DNA from: Centroscyllium fabricii
Lineage: Eukaryota
Direction: 5' to 3'
NCBI GenBank assembly: GCA_051313645.2
Contig: JBNRSN020000013.1
Location: 3,906,001 to 3,970,000, forward strand
Length of the DNA stretch: 64,000 nucleotides
Of the stretch, positions 34,351 to 45,593 are shown in pieces. Numbering within the stretch: the first letter of the stretch is position 1; every line of letters begins with the position of its first letter. Both the position numbers and the translations under genes were made by a program. The notes under the pieces are model-generated. The model saw only the letters and a program-made list of their open reading frames with translations, searched no databases and was not told the DNA's origin.

Positions 34351-36826
34351 TGTGGCGGTACACCCACGGGGACATCGAATCCGCCACGGGGACTCGGCGG
34401 AGCAAGGCCCCGCTCATCCGGGTGACGCGACTACGTCATCACGTCGGCCGACGCGATGACGTCACCAACCGCGGGACCGTTTAAATATGCCTGTCTCGAG
34501 TGGTTCTGTCTCTTTCTTGTTCAGTAGTTGTTGATTAAAGCTGTGTTTTCTCTAAGCTCTGGCTCACGTGTGGTCACTAGGCCTGCCGGCGCTACAGTGG
34601 TGACCCCGAACTGGAACGAATTCCAGGGAAGAAAAAGCTGCCACAGGATCTGGGACCACCAGCCAAAGACTTTTTAAAAGAAACATGGTCAACCCAAGAA
34701 ATCAAGCTCCACGAACGCAAGGAGCTGGACAGAACGCCGGGCATGGACTTACTTTACCCGAGTTCTGGGAGCAACGGCCAGCGGCCTGGTTTGTCTGCAT
34801 AGAGGCCAGCTGCCGCACACATGGCATACAAGGGGACGACCGCTACGACTTGGTGTTCACAGCCCTAACCACCGACGCCTCCGACCACACGGTCGGGGCC
34901 GTATTCGAACAGTGGACCGGCGACTCGTGGCAGCCCCTGGCCTTTTTCAGCCGACAACTCCGGCCCCCAGAGGTTAAATACAGCACTTTTGATAGGAAGC
35001 TACTCGCTCTCCATCTGGCGGTGCGACATTTTCGTTTCCTCTTGGAGGGCCGCCACTTTACAGCCTTCAGCGACCACAAGCCACTCACGTTTGCGATGGC
35101 TAAGGTCGCTGAACCCTGGTCGGCCAGGCAGCAGCGCCAACTCGCGGCCGTGTCGGAATTTACAACCGACATTCAGCACATTTCCGGCCGCGACAACGTG
35201 GTCGCTGACTGCCTCTCACGCCCCACCATTAATGCCGCCCAAATGGCGGTCGATTACGCCCAGCTGGCCGCTGACCAGCTGGCCGACCCTGACCTACTTA
35301 ACGCAGCAACTAATCTACCCGGCCTACACTTGGCCAATATCGCGCACGGCCCCGCTGCCACCGTCGTCTGCTGCGACGTTTCGTTACCGCAACCCAGGCC
35401 CGTCGTGCCCCACGCTTGGAGGCAACATATCTTTAGGACCCTCCACGACATGTCCCACCCCGGCGCCCGCGCGTCCATTAAGCTAATATCGGCCCGTTTC
35501 GTATGGCGCGGCATGCGCAAAGACGTCCGCGCCTGGGCCAGCTCCTGCATAGCCTGCCAGCGCTCCAAAGTGCATAAGCACATCAGGGCACTGCTGGAAA
35601 ATTTTAAGGTACCGGCCAGGCGTTTTGACCATGTCCATATTGACCTCGTCGGGCCAATACCGCCATCTTGCGGCCACACACACCTATTGACCATGGTCGA
35701 CCGCAACACTCGCTGGCCTGAAGCAGCCCCCCTCACCGCCACCACGGACTTGGCCAGGGCATTTATCGCCACCTGGGTCGCCCGATTCGGCGTGCCCACA
35801 GACATCACCTCCGACAGAGGACCCCAGTTTACGTTGGCTTTATGGGCGGCCATCGCCCGCGACCTCGGGGTGACACTACACAGAACCACCGCATACCACC
35901 CACAGGCGAACGGCCTATGCGAACGGTTCCACCGCTCGATGAAGGCATCACTACGGGCCACACTGAAAGATGCATCATGGACCGACCGCCTTCCATGGGT
36001 CCTCCTCGGGCTGCGCTCGGCAGTCAAAGAAGACCTTAATGCCTCAGCAGCGGAGCTCGTCTACGGCCAAGCTTTAATGGTGCCGGGCGAGTTCCTGGCT
36101 GAGCCCAACGCTCCCTGGTCAGCCGACCAGTATTTAAAGGACTTTGCAAACCCGGCACGAGCTTTCCAGCCACTACCAGTGGCCCGGCACGGAGAGCCGG
36201 CAGCTCGGGTGCCGGAGGACATTAAAAATGCTAAATTTGTGTTCGTCCGGCGCGACGGACACCGACCTCCACTACAGCCACCTTATGATGGCCCCTACAG
36301 AGTGCTTCAGCCGGGAGCTAAAACTTTTGATTTACAATTGGGTAACAGGGCTGAAACTGTAACAATAGACCAGCTCAAGCCGGCACATGTGATAGCGGGC
36401 GAGACCACGGTCCCCGCTCAACCACCTCAACGCGGTCGCCCTCCCGCAACAAAACCCACCCACACTCAACCGCAGAACCAGAGACTACTAGCAACACGGT
36501 CCGGCCGCATCATCCGGCCACCCCAACGGCACACATAGACACTGTCACTATTCCTCCCGGACGGATTCTGGGGGGAGCTGTGTGGCGGTACACTCACGGG
36601 GACATCGAATCCGCCACGGGGACTCCGCGGAGCAAGGCCCCGCTCATCCGGGTGATGCGACTACGTCATCACGTCGGCCGACGCGATGACGTCACCAACC
36701 GCGGGACCGTTTAAATATGCCTGTCTCGAGTGGTTCTGTCTCTTTCTTGTTCAGTAGTTGTTGATTAAAGCTGTGTTTTCTCTAAGCTCTGGCTCACGTG
36801 TGGTCACTAGGCCTGCCGGCGCTACA
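34351..36826 (+). mobile_element. Gypsy element B2, internally deleted relative of B; LTRs 34351-34596 and 36581-36826
   Basis: 4-bp TSD GTTT; 246-bp LTRs with 3 differences; tRNA-Trp PBS TGGTGACCCCGA; PPT. Confidence 0.95.
34685..36538 (+). CDS. In-frame fusion of Gag N-terminus, RNase H and integrase (no PR or RT), 617 aa
   Basis: [13 protein letters not shown]...LVFTAL joined directly to TTDASD; the remainder is nearly identical to the C-terminal half of B pol. Confidence 0.9.
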   Translation: MVNPRNQAPRTQGAGQNAGHGLTLPEFWEQRPAAWFVCIEASCRTHGIQGDDRYDLVFTALTTDASDHTVGAVFEQWTGDSWQPLAFFSRQLRPPEVKYSTFDRKLLALHLAVRHFRFLLEGRHFTAFSDHKPLTFAMAKVAEPWSARQQRQLAAVSEFTTDIQHISGRDNVVADCLSRPTINAAQMAVDYAQLAADQLADPDLLNAATNLPGLHLANIAHGPAATVVCCDVSLPQPRPVVPHAWRQHIFRTLHDMSHPGARASIKLISARFVWRGMRKDVRAWASSCIACQRSKVHKHIRALLENFKVPARRFDHVHIDLVGPIPPSCGHTHLLTMVDRNTRWPEAAPLTATTDLARAFIATWVARFGVPTDITSDRGPQFTLALWAAIARDLGVTLHRTTAYHPQANGLCERFHRSMKASLRATLKDASWTDRLPWVLLGLRSAVKEDLNASAAELVYGQALMVPGEFLAEPNAPWSADQYLKDFANPARAFQPLPVARHGEPAARVPEDIKNAKFVFVRRDGHRPPLQPPYDGPYRVLQPGAKTFDLQLGNRAETVTIDQLKPAHVIAGETTVPAQPPQRGRPPATKPTHTQPQNQRLLATRSGRIIRPPQRHT

Positions 36827-37679
36827 GTTTACTCCATTTCTCTAGGGCTTCTGCGGATCTTCCACCGCAGGTGCTGGCTGGCGATCAGGAGAACTCAGTG
36901 CCTTTATGCATGCAGAAATGTGTCAGTTTGACAGATTATATAAGCAACTGTCAGTTTAATTGCAGTATATTTTAACGCAGGGGTCAGGGTTATGTATTAC
37001 ATGAGGGTTTCATGCGAGGTAAAAATGTTGACTGTTGAGCTGTACCTGAGCAGTACTTGTGTTGTTCTGGCTGATGTCAGCACATCCCTGTCACCATCTT
37101 GTGATGTGATTAACGTCTATGTCATGTTCCTCTGGGGCTTCCGTGAACCATCTGCCAAAGTGAGGGTGGACGATCAAAATGCCTCCCCACCCACCCCCCC
37201 TCTTCCCCACTGGGCACTTAACCCCACTGAGTATTAAGGTGGAGAGATACCACTTCCTCTAACTAACCATGAGCATCTGGACTCCGAGAGGCAATATTGA
37301 CTACGTGGTGTTATGCTTCATGTCACCTGAGACTGCCATCTCATCAAGAGATGCAAAAGCCATCTTGGATGTGAAGCACCGTACTGAGCTGTCATAGTGA
37401 TTATGTGAGAGATATTCATTGGACAATAAAGGAATTATATTTTACTGGGAGATAATCTCAAACTGTTCTGAATGTCAGGATTCAAACAATAAAAATAAAT
37501 AAGAACAAAGGGTGTTACTATTCCAGCATTGCCCACTGTTTCAATGGAATGCACTTCAATGTGACAACATCAGGAAGCAAGGATTTTAACATGTGACTAA
37601 TGGCCACATGGGGAGTCAACACCAAGTGCAGTTTTTAGGTCTAGCAATGTTTTGCAGGTTGGAGGCATAATTGGACTTA

Positions 37680-38250
37680 GGCAGGGGAGGGGCTGGTGTT
37701 AAGGTCGAAGTGGATGGAGAGGCAGAGGAGGGGAGGAGAAGAAGCGGGGAATGGGAGAGGAGGGAGGAGAGGAGAGAAGGGGAGGAGGAATCCGAGGGAA
37801 GATGGGGAATGGAGGGCTGGGGAGAGGGCGGGAGGCAGAAGAGATGGGGAGGGGATGGAGAGTGAATGGGAGGTAAAAGAGGAAGGGAGGAGAGAGGGAG
37901 AGGATGGGGTAAAAGTACTGGGGAGGGGAGAGGGAGAGGATGGGGTAAAAGCGCTGTGGAGGGGAGAGGGAGAGGATGGGGTAAAAGAGGAAGGGTGGGG
38001 AGAGGAGAGGAGAGGATAGGGTAAAAGAGATGGGGAGGGGAGGGAAGAGGGAGAGGATGGGGTAAAAGAGATGAGGAGGGGCGAGGATGGGGACGATGGG
38101 AGAGGAAGCAAATGATATAGGGATAAGAGGAGGAGAATGGAGGAGGTAGGAAAGGCGAAGTTGGAGGAGAAGAAGAAGGGTACGCAGAGGTGGAGGGAGA
38201 AAGAGAGAGGGAACAGAAGGGGAAATAGGATAGGGAACAAGGGTGTGGAA
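37680..38250. repeat. Polypurine low-complexity tandem repeat, about 30-bp unit
   Basis: Repeated GGAGGGGAGAGGGAGAGGATGGGGTAAAAG. Confidence 0.9.
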
Positions 38251-38317
38251 ATGACTTCAGTGGTTGGGGGAGCCATAAAATGATCTCAGTCCTCTTCCCC
38301 ACCTAGTTTGAAATTCT

Positions 38318-40659
38318 GGGGGGGATTTTCGCAAAGGTATGGGAACCTGGCGGGTTTTGGGCAGATCGGGTTTCTGTCCCGAATGTCTAAGGGCCTGGGA
38401 GCCCTACGCAATTTTGGCTCAATTGGCCAATTAATTATCTGCGTGTGGGGTGCCCCTGCCAATTGAAGGATTCCAGTCAGAAAGCAACGGGTTGCAGATG
38501 AGAGCCGGAGGTTTGATTGACACTTCTAAGGACTGTGTGTTGTTAGTTTCTATTGAAACAGTGCATTGTGACATCACAATGGAGTGCCACCAATCTCAAA
38601 GCCCAAGTGGGTTGAGTGACAGGTCTAAGGACTCGCTGGAAAGCAATCACAGTTAGAGGCCGTCTCTCTATGAAGCATTTGAGTGTTTTCTTCACAGCTG
38701 CTCCTCTGACAATGGAGTCACTTACACCTCCAGGGTGTTGAAGGCATTCTGCTACAGGTCCTTCAATGCCTTGAAGGTGAAAGTGACCAAGGCCACTGAG
38801 ATCCCGCTAGGTTTCACCGGTGGGGTTTCAGGATGGCGGGGTATGGGTGGGAAGGGCTCAAAAATCGCGAGGGGCCCTTAAAATGGGATTACCCATGGCA
38901 ATTAAGGGCCCCTAACGAGCTCAACAATCAACCCCGCCGGTGGCGGGCGGGAAAGATTTGGGCCGGCTGGACACGCTGTAAGGAGCGTGCGCCGTATATT
39001 TTACTGTACGACTTGGGGTCCGTTACTGCCTTGCGCTAGCAGTCCGCTAGGCCTCGCGCAATAACCTCCTCCCCCGCGAGCGGTTCGAATCGCTCACCCT
39101 TTACGGTTCTAGACGCTGGACTTAGGTGCAGGAAGAGAGAGAGAGACGAGATGGATGCCGATTGGACTCAGACTATTGACTCGAATAAAAGTTTGCAAAG
39201 TTGGAAGATTTTATTACATCAAGAGATATATTTACAGCAGTTAGATGGTATTTTCTCGGGTCAACACAGTATGGAACACCAACAATTGTTCCCAAATAGT
39301 AATATATACATATGCACATACACAAACAACTCATAGGATGGGGAACGCACGACACATCGTAAATCGGGGCAATGACTCTAAAATTACACCCCAAACGAAC
39401 CACCCTTCCCTCTATTGCCTAGCTATGTCCAGGTGTGTAGGATCGATGCACATGCTCACCACTCGGTAATACTCGGGGTCTGCTACGAAGTCCCTCGTCT
39501 CCTCGGCTGCAGCGTCGGTCGTCACGTGGCTGTGGGAGATTCGGGAGTCCACTTGTTGTTTTCTCCCTTTGGGCGGCGGTCGCTCCTGCTCGGGCTGGTC
39601 CCAACTACCTCACCAGCAATGGTTCTACGATGCGATACTGCCCTGCCCCAACTCTGCTGTCCTGCCAGAGCCTGCACCCTGCTTGCCCTGCACCCAGAAA
39701 GCTGAACTGGAGTCTTCGAAACAGAGCCCACCCAAAGTCACTGCTAGACCTCACCGCTTCAAGAGGTCGCCTCCACGAGTCGATTCCAAGAGCCTTCTCC
39801 AAGAGCTCTTTCCTTCAGCTATTTTCCCAAGAGATTCTGCAGAGCTAAGAGTTCCAAGAGAGAGACCTCACCGCTTCAAGAGGTCGCCTCCACGAGTCCT
39901 AAGTCATAAGAGAGCTGAGCTAAGAGAAGAGTTTCCACCCGCTTTCCAAGAGCTTCTATTACAAGAGAGAGAATTCTAGAAATGTGCTGCCAGTTATACC
40001 CCAAAATTGAATGCCTAATGTCTTTCCCATTAGAGCCTGTATTGTGTGTGGAAAGCGGTTATAGCACCCCTTTTGTCCAGCCAAGCCTGCCGGTAATAGT
40101 TTGATGGTGGCTCTAACTTCTCCATTAGAGCTCTCCTTTGTTTTTAAGGGTGCTAATCGCTTTCTGCTGGAAGGGTATACAATTTCTGTAGCTGGCTGAA
40201 CGGACCAGCTGCTTCGTTTCTGCAGTTGTTTTGGGTGATTATTTAAACTGGGTGCATTTCTTTGTCGGGCTAATCGGCCTCTAAAAGGCAGGCTATTTAT
40301 TTCCAGGTTTAACAGCGCCTTTATGTCTGGTTTCTTCGCGGGCTTTTCGAGTTGGGTTTTTGGTTTCGGTTTGTACTGTGCCATGTGGTCCGGCGGCCAT
40401 CTTGGAGGCCCCTTTTCTCTGATCAGGCCGCAGCCTGTCTTGTCTGTCATTGTCCAAATAAAATAAAATGTGTATACTCCATCCTTCGTTTCTGGTCTTT
40501 GTGGATCCGATTTAACAGGGAATATTGCGACCTTACAACGCTGGCCGAAAACCGCAAAGCGGCGGGGATCCGGCGGGAGTGGTCAAGACCCCCCAGTTTT
40601 GGGATCTTAGGCCCCGCCACACCAGAAACCCGCCCTCACGGCCCTCCAAAAATCCCCCC
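38318..40659. mobile_element. MITE of the same family as 8341-9002, interrupted by a long solo LTR
   Basis: Ends GGGGGGGATTTT / AAAATCCCCCC and shared subterminal motifs. Confidence 0.65.
38977..40537 (-). mobile_element. Long (1561 bp) solo-LTR-like element
   Basis: TGTAAGG...CCTTACA termini, 4-bp TSD ACGC and a 36-bp internal direct repeat (about 39746 and 39863). Orientation inferred from TATAA and AATAAA on the minus strand. Confidence 0.75.
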
Positions 40660-40849
40660 TTAATCTCAGCCGGGGGACTGTACTGAGATGGCCTCCCCTA
40701 ACGCAAGCCCAGCTTCTCCCTTTGGTGGGAGGGGGGAAATTGCTCTTGCAATCTGCAAGATTACTCAGTTAGGAGCCGCACCATCTGAAGGCTGATTTTG
40801 CTGCACTATGTGGTTGGGAGGACCGACACGGGTCAGCTTGGTTAGTCAG

Positions 40850-40950
40850 TGGGGAGGTTCTCTGTCAAAGAGGTTGCTGTATGCAAATTAGCTGCCGCGT
40901 TTCCTACATTACAACAGTGACTACACTTCAAAAAGTATTTCACTGGCTGT
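40850..40950 (+). mobile_element. Deu-type SINE 3' fragment
   Basis: Reverse-complement similarity to 4080-4170. Confidence 0.55.
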
Positions 40951-41014
40951 ATTTGTGCCGGACGACTGAAGTTGCCGGCTTTTTAGTTGCCCGATTAATG
41001 ATGCTCAACCTGTA

Positions 41015-42306
41015 GTAAGATTGGGCAGAGTCACCTTGGATTTATGAAAGGGAAATCGTGGGTAACAAACCTATTGGAGTTCTTTGAGGATGTAACTAGT
41101 GGAGCAAACAAAGGGGAACCGGTAGATGTGCTGCATTTGGATTTTCAGAAGGCCTTCGATAAGGTCCCACACAAGAGGTTGGTGAACAAAATTTGGGCAC
41201 ATGGAATTGGGGGTAATATACTAGCCTGGATTGAGAATTAGTTAACAGACAGAAAACAAAGAGTAGGGATAAACTGGTCTTTTTCAGGATGGCAGGCTGT
41301 GACTAGTGGGGTACCGCAAGGATCGGTGTTTGGGCCCCAGCTGTTCACAATCTATATCAATGATTTGGATGAGGGGACTAAATGTAAAATTTCCAAATTT
41401 GCTGATGATACAAAGCTAAGTGTCAGTTGTAAAGAGGATGTGAAGAGGTTTCAAGGGGATCTCGACTGGCTCACTGAGTGGGCGAGAACATGGCAGATGG
41501 AATATAATGTGGATAAATGTGAAGTTATCCACTTTGGTAGAAAAACAGAAAGGCAGAGTATTTCCTAAATGGTGAAAGATTGGGGAATGCAGATGCTCAG
41601 TGACCTTGGTGTCCTTGTACATGAGTCACTGAAAGTGAATGTGTAGGTGCAGAAAGCGATTAGGAAGGAAAATGATATGCTGGCCCTCATTACAAGAGGA
41701 TTTGAGTATAGGAGTAAAGAAGTCTTACTCCAATTATATAAGGCCTTGGTGAGACCACACCTGGAGTACGGTGTACAATTTTAGTCTCCTTACCTAAGGA
41801 AGGATATACTTGCCATAAAGGGAATGCAATGAAGGTTCACGAGATTGATTTCTGGGATGGCAGGACTATGAGAAGAGATTGAGTAAACTAGGCCTGTATT
41901 CTCTTGAATTCAGAAGAATGAGAGGGATCTCATTGAAGCAGACAAAATTATTACAGGGCATGATAGGGTGGATACTGGGAGAATGTTTCCCTTGGCTGGG
42001 GAGTCTAGAACCAGAGGCCACAGCCTCAGGATAAAGGTAGGCCATTCACGACTGAGATGAGAAGAAATTTCTTCACACAGAGGGTGGTGAATCTTTGGAA
42101 TTCTCTACCCTAGAGGGCTGTGGAGGTTCAGTCATTGGGTATATTCAAAACAGACGTCGATAGATTTCTGACTAGTAAGGGCATCAAGGGATATGGCAAA
42201 AGGGCCAGTGAATGGAGTTGAGGCAGAAGATCAGCCATGATCTCATTGAATGGTGGAGCAGGCTCGAAGGGCTGAGTGGCCTACTCCTGCTCCTATTCCT
42301 TATGTC
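41015..42306 (+). mobile_element. 5'-truncated CR1 LINE
   Basis: LDFQKAFDKVPH, GVPQGSV and KFADDTK motifs; 3' tail CCTACTCCTGCTCCTATT. Confidence 0.93.
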
Positions 42307-42309
42307 GTT

Positions 42310-42480
42310 CTTTAAGACATTCCTTAAAACCGACCTCTTTGACCAAGCTTTTGGTCACCTGCCCTAATTTATCCTTATGTGGGTCGGTGTCTAATTTTTT
42401 GTCTTAAAATAATCCTGTGCAGCGCCTTGGGACATTTTACTACGTGAAGGCGCTATATATATATATACACAAGTTGTTGT
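42310..42480 (+). mobile_element. L2-like LINE 3' tail
   Basis: CTTAAAACCGACCTCTTTGACCAAGCTTTT...GCGCCTTGGGACATTTTACTACG..GGCGCTATAT. Confidence 0.6.
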
Positions 42481-43015
42481 TTTAGGGGCATTGAACATAA
42501 TGTTCGTTTGTGCAAGACACTAGTTAGGCCACCACTCCCATTGTTGGAAGGATAGCTTGAACCATTGAAAGGCTACAGCAAAGTTACATTAGGATAAAGG
42601 CAGGAGAGATTGGGGGACGGGAGGGATGGTGGTGCAGGGCAAAAGGAGATGGTAATGGGAAAACCTAAGAAATAAAATTTGACTGGTCCCATTGCCATCT
42701 CCTTTTGCCTTGCAGTATCATTGATTTTGTCTTTTAATCCCTTCTGGCTTCCATCCTATCACACACAGGCCTTCCCTTTTGTTCTTTCCTTCACCCACTC
42801 CCCTTTCCCGCCCACTCCCCTTTCCCACCCCCAGGCCCTTAGAGAATTAATTGTTTGAAGAGGAGAAGTATTAAAAGCTGTAGTGAGGAGGGTGGGCCAA
42901 TTGCCTCATATGGAGGAACTCAGACTTAATGGCCTGTTTAATTTCTGCAACCAAACAACTTTAGCAGTGAGAATTAACACTGTGCAGTTCAAAAGGCAGA
43001 AGTGCAATTATTTAT

Positions 43016-43220
43016 ATGATGTGGAGGTGCCGGTGTTGGATTGGGGTGGACAAATGCAGGACACCGGGTTGTGGTCCAACAGTTTTGTTTGGAGTCGCGG
43101 GCTTTCGGAGCGCTGCTCCTTCCTGAACTTCTCTTTCGCCTGGGGGGGGAGCGGCGCTCCGATCCGAAAGCTTGTGATTTGAAGTGGAAATGTTGGACTA
43201 TGGTCTGGTGTGTGACTTCT
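43016..43220. mobile_element. Miniature Penelope inverted-pLTR insertion, A-to-G hypermutated
   Basis: 13-bp TSD TGCAATTATTTAT (43003-43015 and 43221-43233); both arms align to the pLTR at 7201-7334. Confidence 0.85.
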
Positions 43221-43239
43221 TGCAATTATTTATGTGAAG

Positions 43240-43720
43240 ACTTCAGGAACTGTCTATTGTCTGCTGAGGGACAGGAAGCCGCCTGTTCGCAGTGTGTTGT
43301 GGGAGTTGTAGTTCAACTTCTGTCCAATCGGCTCCGAGCTCCTGGGGGGTGCGCCTGTCAACTACAACTCCCAGAACACACTGCGCGCACTCCTTACCCG
43401 TCATTGGAAACCGAGCATTACCTGTCGAGGGAGGCGGGCTACTCGTCACTTTACAAAACAAACAGCACAGCACAGCCTGGCCGAGCCGCCAATCAGTGCG
43501 AGCTGTGGGAAGCGGCCGCGCTTTTTCAATTCCCGCGCTGCCAACCGCCGTGAGCGAGGCCCCAGGGGCGGGCTGCCCGGGCCAACGCCTGTCGGGCCGT
43601 GTGTGAAATAGCTGGCCCGTTCGGTGCCGGGCTCGGGAGAGCAGTGCGGCCCAGGCCCAGGGGTGAGAGGGTTAACGCTCCGCCTTCTCACCCCTCCCCT
43701 CCCCTCTCATGACCAAATTA
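43240..43720. promoter_or_regulatory. CpG-rich promoter with two inverted ZNF143/THAP11-type motifs, CCAAT boxes and GC boxes
   Basis: AACTACAACTCCCA(G/C)AACACACTGCG at 43360-43385 (+) and 43288-43313 (-); CCAAT near 43324 and 43489; GGGGCGGG near 43565; candidate donor GG|GTGAGA at 43663. Confidence 0.75.
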
Positions 43721-44344
43721 ACACTGGGGGAATGAAATTTAAATTTTGCAAAGGAGAACGAGTCCTCCTCTTCTAGCCAGACCCGACAAAAGTTTTATAC
43801 GATGCCAAGGTAGCGGCGCGACTCCGGTTTACAGCGATTGCCCCAAACACACACAGCACAGGCGAGATACCGGGGCTGGGGGGTCACCCCCCTCATCCCA
43901 GCTACACCGTCAAATAAAGCGGATTGTGTCCCCTGGCCTAGTCGGCACTGGTTGTTAGTCGCTATTTCTCTTTCGCATCTGCCTCCCTTTTTGCAGATAA
44001 TTGAACTGAATCAGCTTTATTGCCGAGTGCATTAAATGTGCAAGGAGCTTAACCTGGTGACAATTCTGTCCACTTACAGAATACATCAAATCCACAAAAA
44101 AAGAAAAACAAAATACACCAAATACAAATTTTACAAAATTACCAGATATAATGTCAGGAATAGAGGGGTGGGGGGGAATTGCAAATATACAAGTTTACAA
44201 AATCTAGAGTAATTAGCATATCTACAATACTACTGAATAAATGGAGTAGTTAAAGAAGGTATCAGATGTAAAATCTGGTTAGAGGGGGGCAATCCACAAT
44301 TTCCTGAGGTCAGGGGTCCGGTAAGGAGGGAAAGGGATGGGAAG

Positions 44345-44513
44345 GTTTATCTGGTTTTTCGCCTCTCCCGGGTGATCACATGGGTCTGGGCGGGGTGGAG
44401 AGTTAAAATAAAATTGAGGTTGGGATCAGATCAGCCATGATCTTGTTGAATGGCGGAGCGGGCTCGAGGGGCCGATTGGCCTACTCCTGCTCCTATTTCT
44501 TATGTTCTTATGT
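44345..44513 (+). mobile_element. CR1 3'UTR fragment, same subfamily as 31453-31959
   Basis: Near-identical to the reverse complement of about 31453-31620. Confidence 0.85.
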
Positions 44514-44734
44514 TAAGGCTGCTACGGACCAGATGGATAGTTTGTAAGGACCAAGGCATGGCGGAAGAAACTGTTCAGATGATGGGTGGCAACCGAACGA
44601 TATTCCAAATGTTAGTGGCTGCAGTAAAGGCGCCCCTCGGATTAACAAGTCAATTTTCCGCTGTTTCCCCCCGTCCCACTGCAACCAAGTCAATTCATTA
44701 AATATTTCAGTCAATTAAATATATTCAAGAAGGA

Positions 44735-44841
44735 ATAACAACAGAAAATGCTGGAAATACTCAGCAGGCCAGGCAGCATCCGTGGAGAGAGAAACTGAAT
44801 CAACGTTTCGGGTTCTGGACCCCCGCAGTATTTTGCTATTG
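44735..44841. mobile_element. Short Penelope-type pLTR insertion (second family) in a CR1 fragment
   Basis: 13-bp TSD TATTCAAGAAGGA; GAAACGTT hammerhead remnant on the minus strand. Confidence 0.7.
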
Positions 44842-44919
44842 TATTCAAGAAGGAGTTGGATATATTTCTTAAGGCTAAAGGGATATGGGGAGAAGACAGG
44901 GACAGGGTACTTTTTTAAA

Positions 44920-45200
44920 ATTCATGATGGGATGTGGGCGTCGCTGGCTGGCTAGGCCTGCATTTAGTGCCCATCCCTAATTGCCCTTGAGAAGATGGTG
45001 GTGAGCCGCCTTCTTGAACCGCAGCAGTCCATATGGTGTAGGTACACCCACAATGTTGTTAGACATAGACATAGACATAGAAGATAGGAGCAGGAGTGGG
45101 CCATTCGGCCCTTCAAGCCTGCTGGAAGGGAGTTCCAGGATTTTGGCCCAGCGACAGTGAAGGAGCGGCGATACAGGTCCAAGTCAGGATGGTGTGTGGA
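44920..45200 (-). mobile_element. LINE 3' end (CR1/L2 group)
   Basis: RRSFTVAGPKSWNSLP ORF2 C-terminal remnant. Confidence 0.6.
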
Positions 45201-45207
45201 TTTGGAT

Positions 45208-45593
45208 TGACAGCAGAGGGTGCTGGGGGGGCTCGGCGGGCCGGGCAGCACCTGTGGAGAGAGAAACACTCAACCTTTCAGCTGTCCAGGCTCAATATCG
45301 AGTTCCAACAATTTCAGATAATAATCCCTGCCCCCATTTTTCATGCTGTATGATTTTGCCATTCCTGTCTGCTACATTTTCACAGCTTGTTCTTTCAATC
45401 CTTCCTCCCCTCCAAACCACACCCCCCTGTCACATCTCCAGCCTTTTTCAATTCCGATGAAGGCTCCCCGACCTGAAACGTTGAATCTGTTTCTCTCTCC
45501 GCGGGTGCTGCCTGGCCTGCTGAGTGTTTCCAGCATTTTCTGCTGTTACTTCAGATTTCTAGCATCAGCAGTATTTTGCTATTACAATACTGA
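45208..45593. mobile_element. Penelope-type inverted-pLTR insertion (second family), A-to-G hypermutated
   Basis: Inverted arms at about 45208-45268 and 45489-45550; hammerhead-like CCGATGAAGG...CCTGAAACGTT near 45454-45482; possible TSD ATTTGGAT. Confidence 0.7.

Noticed and set aside
37616-38302. 228-aa Pro/Ser/Leu-rich ORF
   Set aside because: Translation of a low-complexity polypyrimidine strand.
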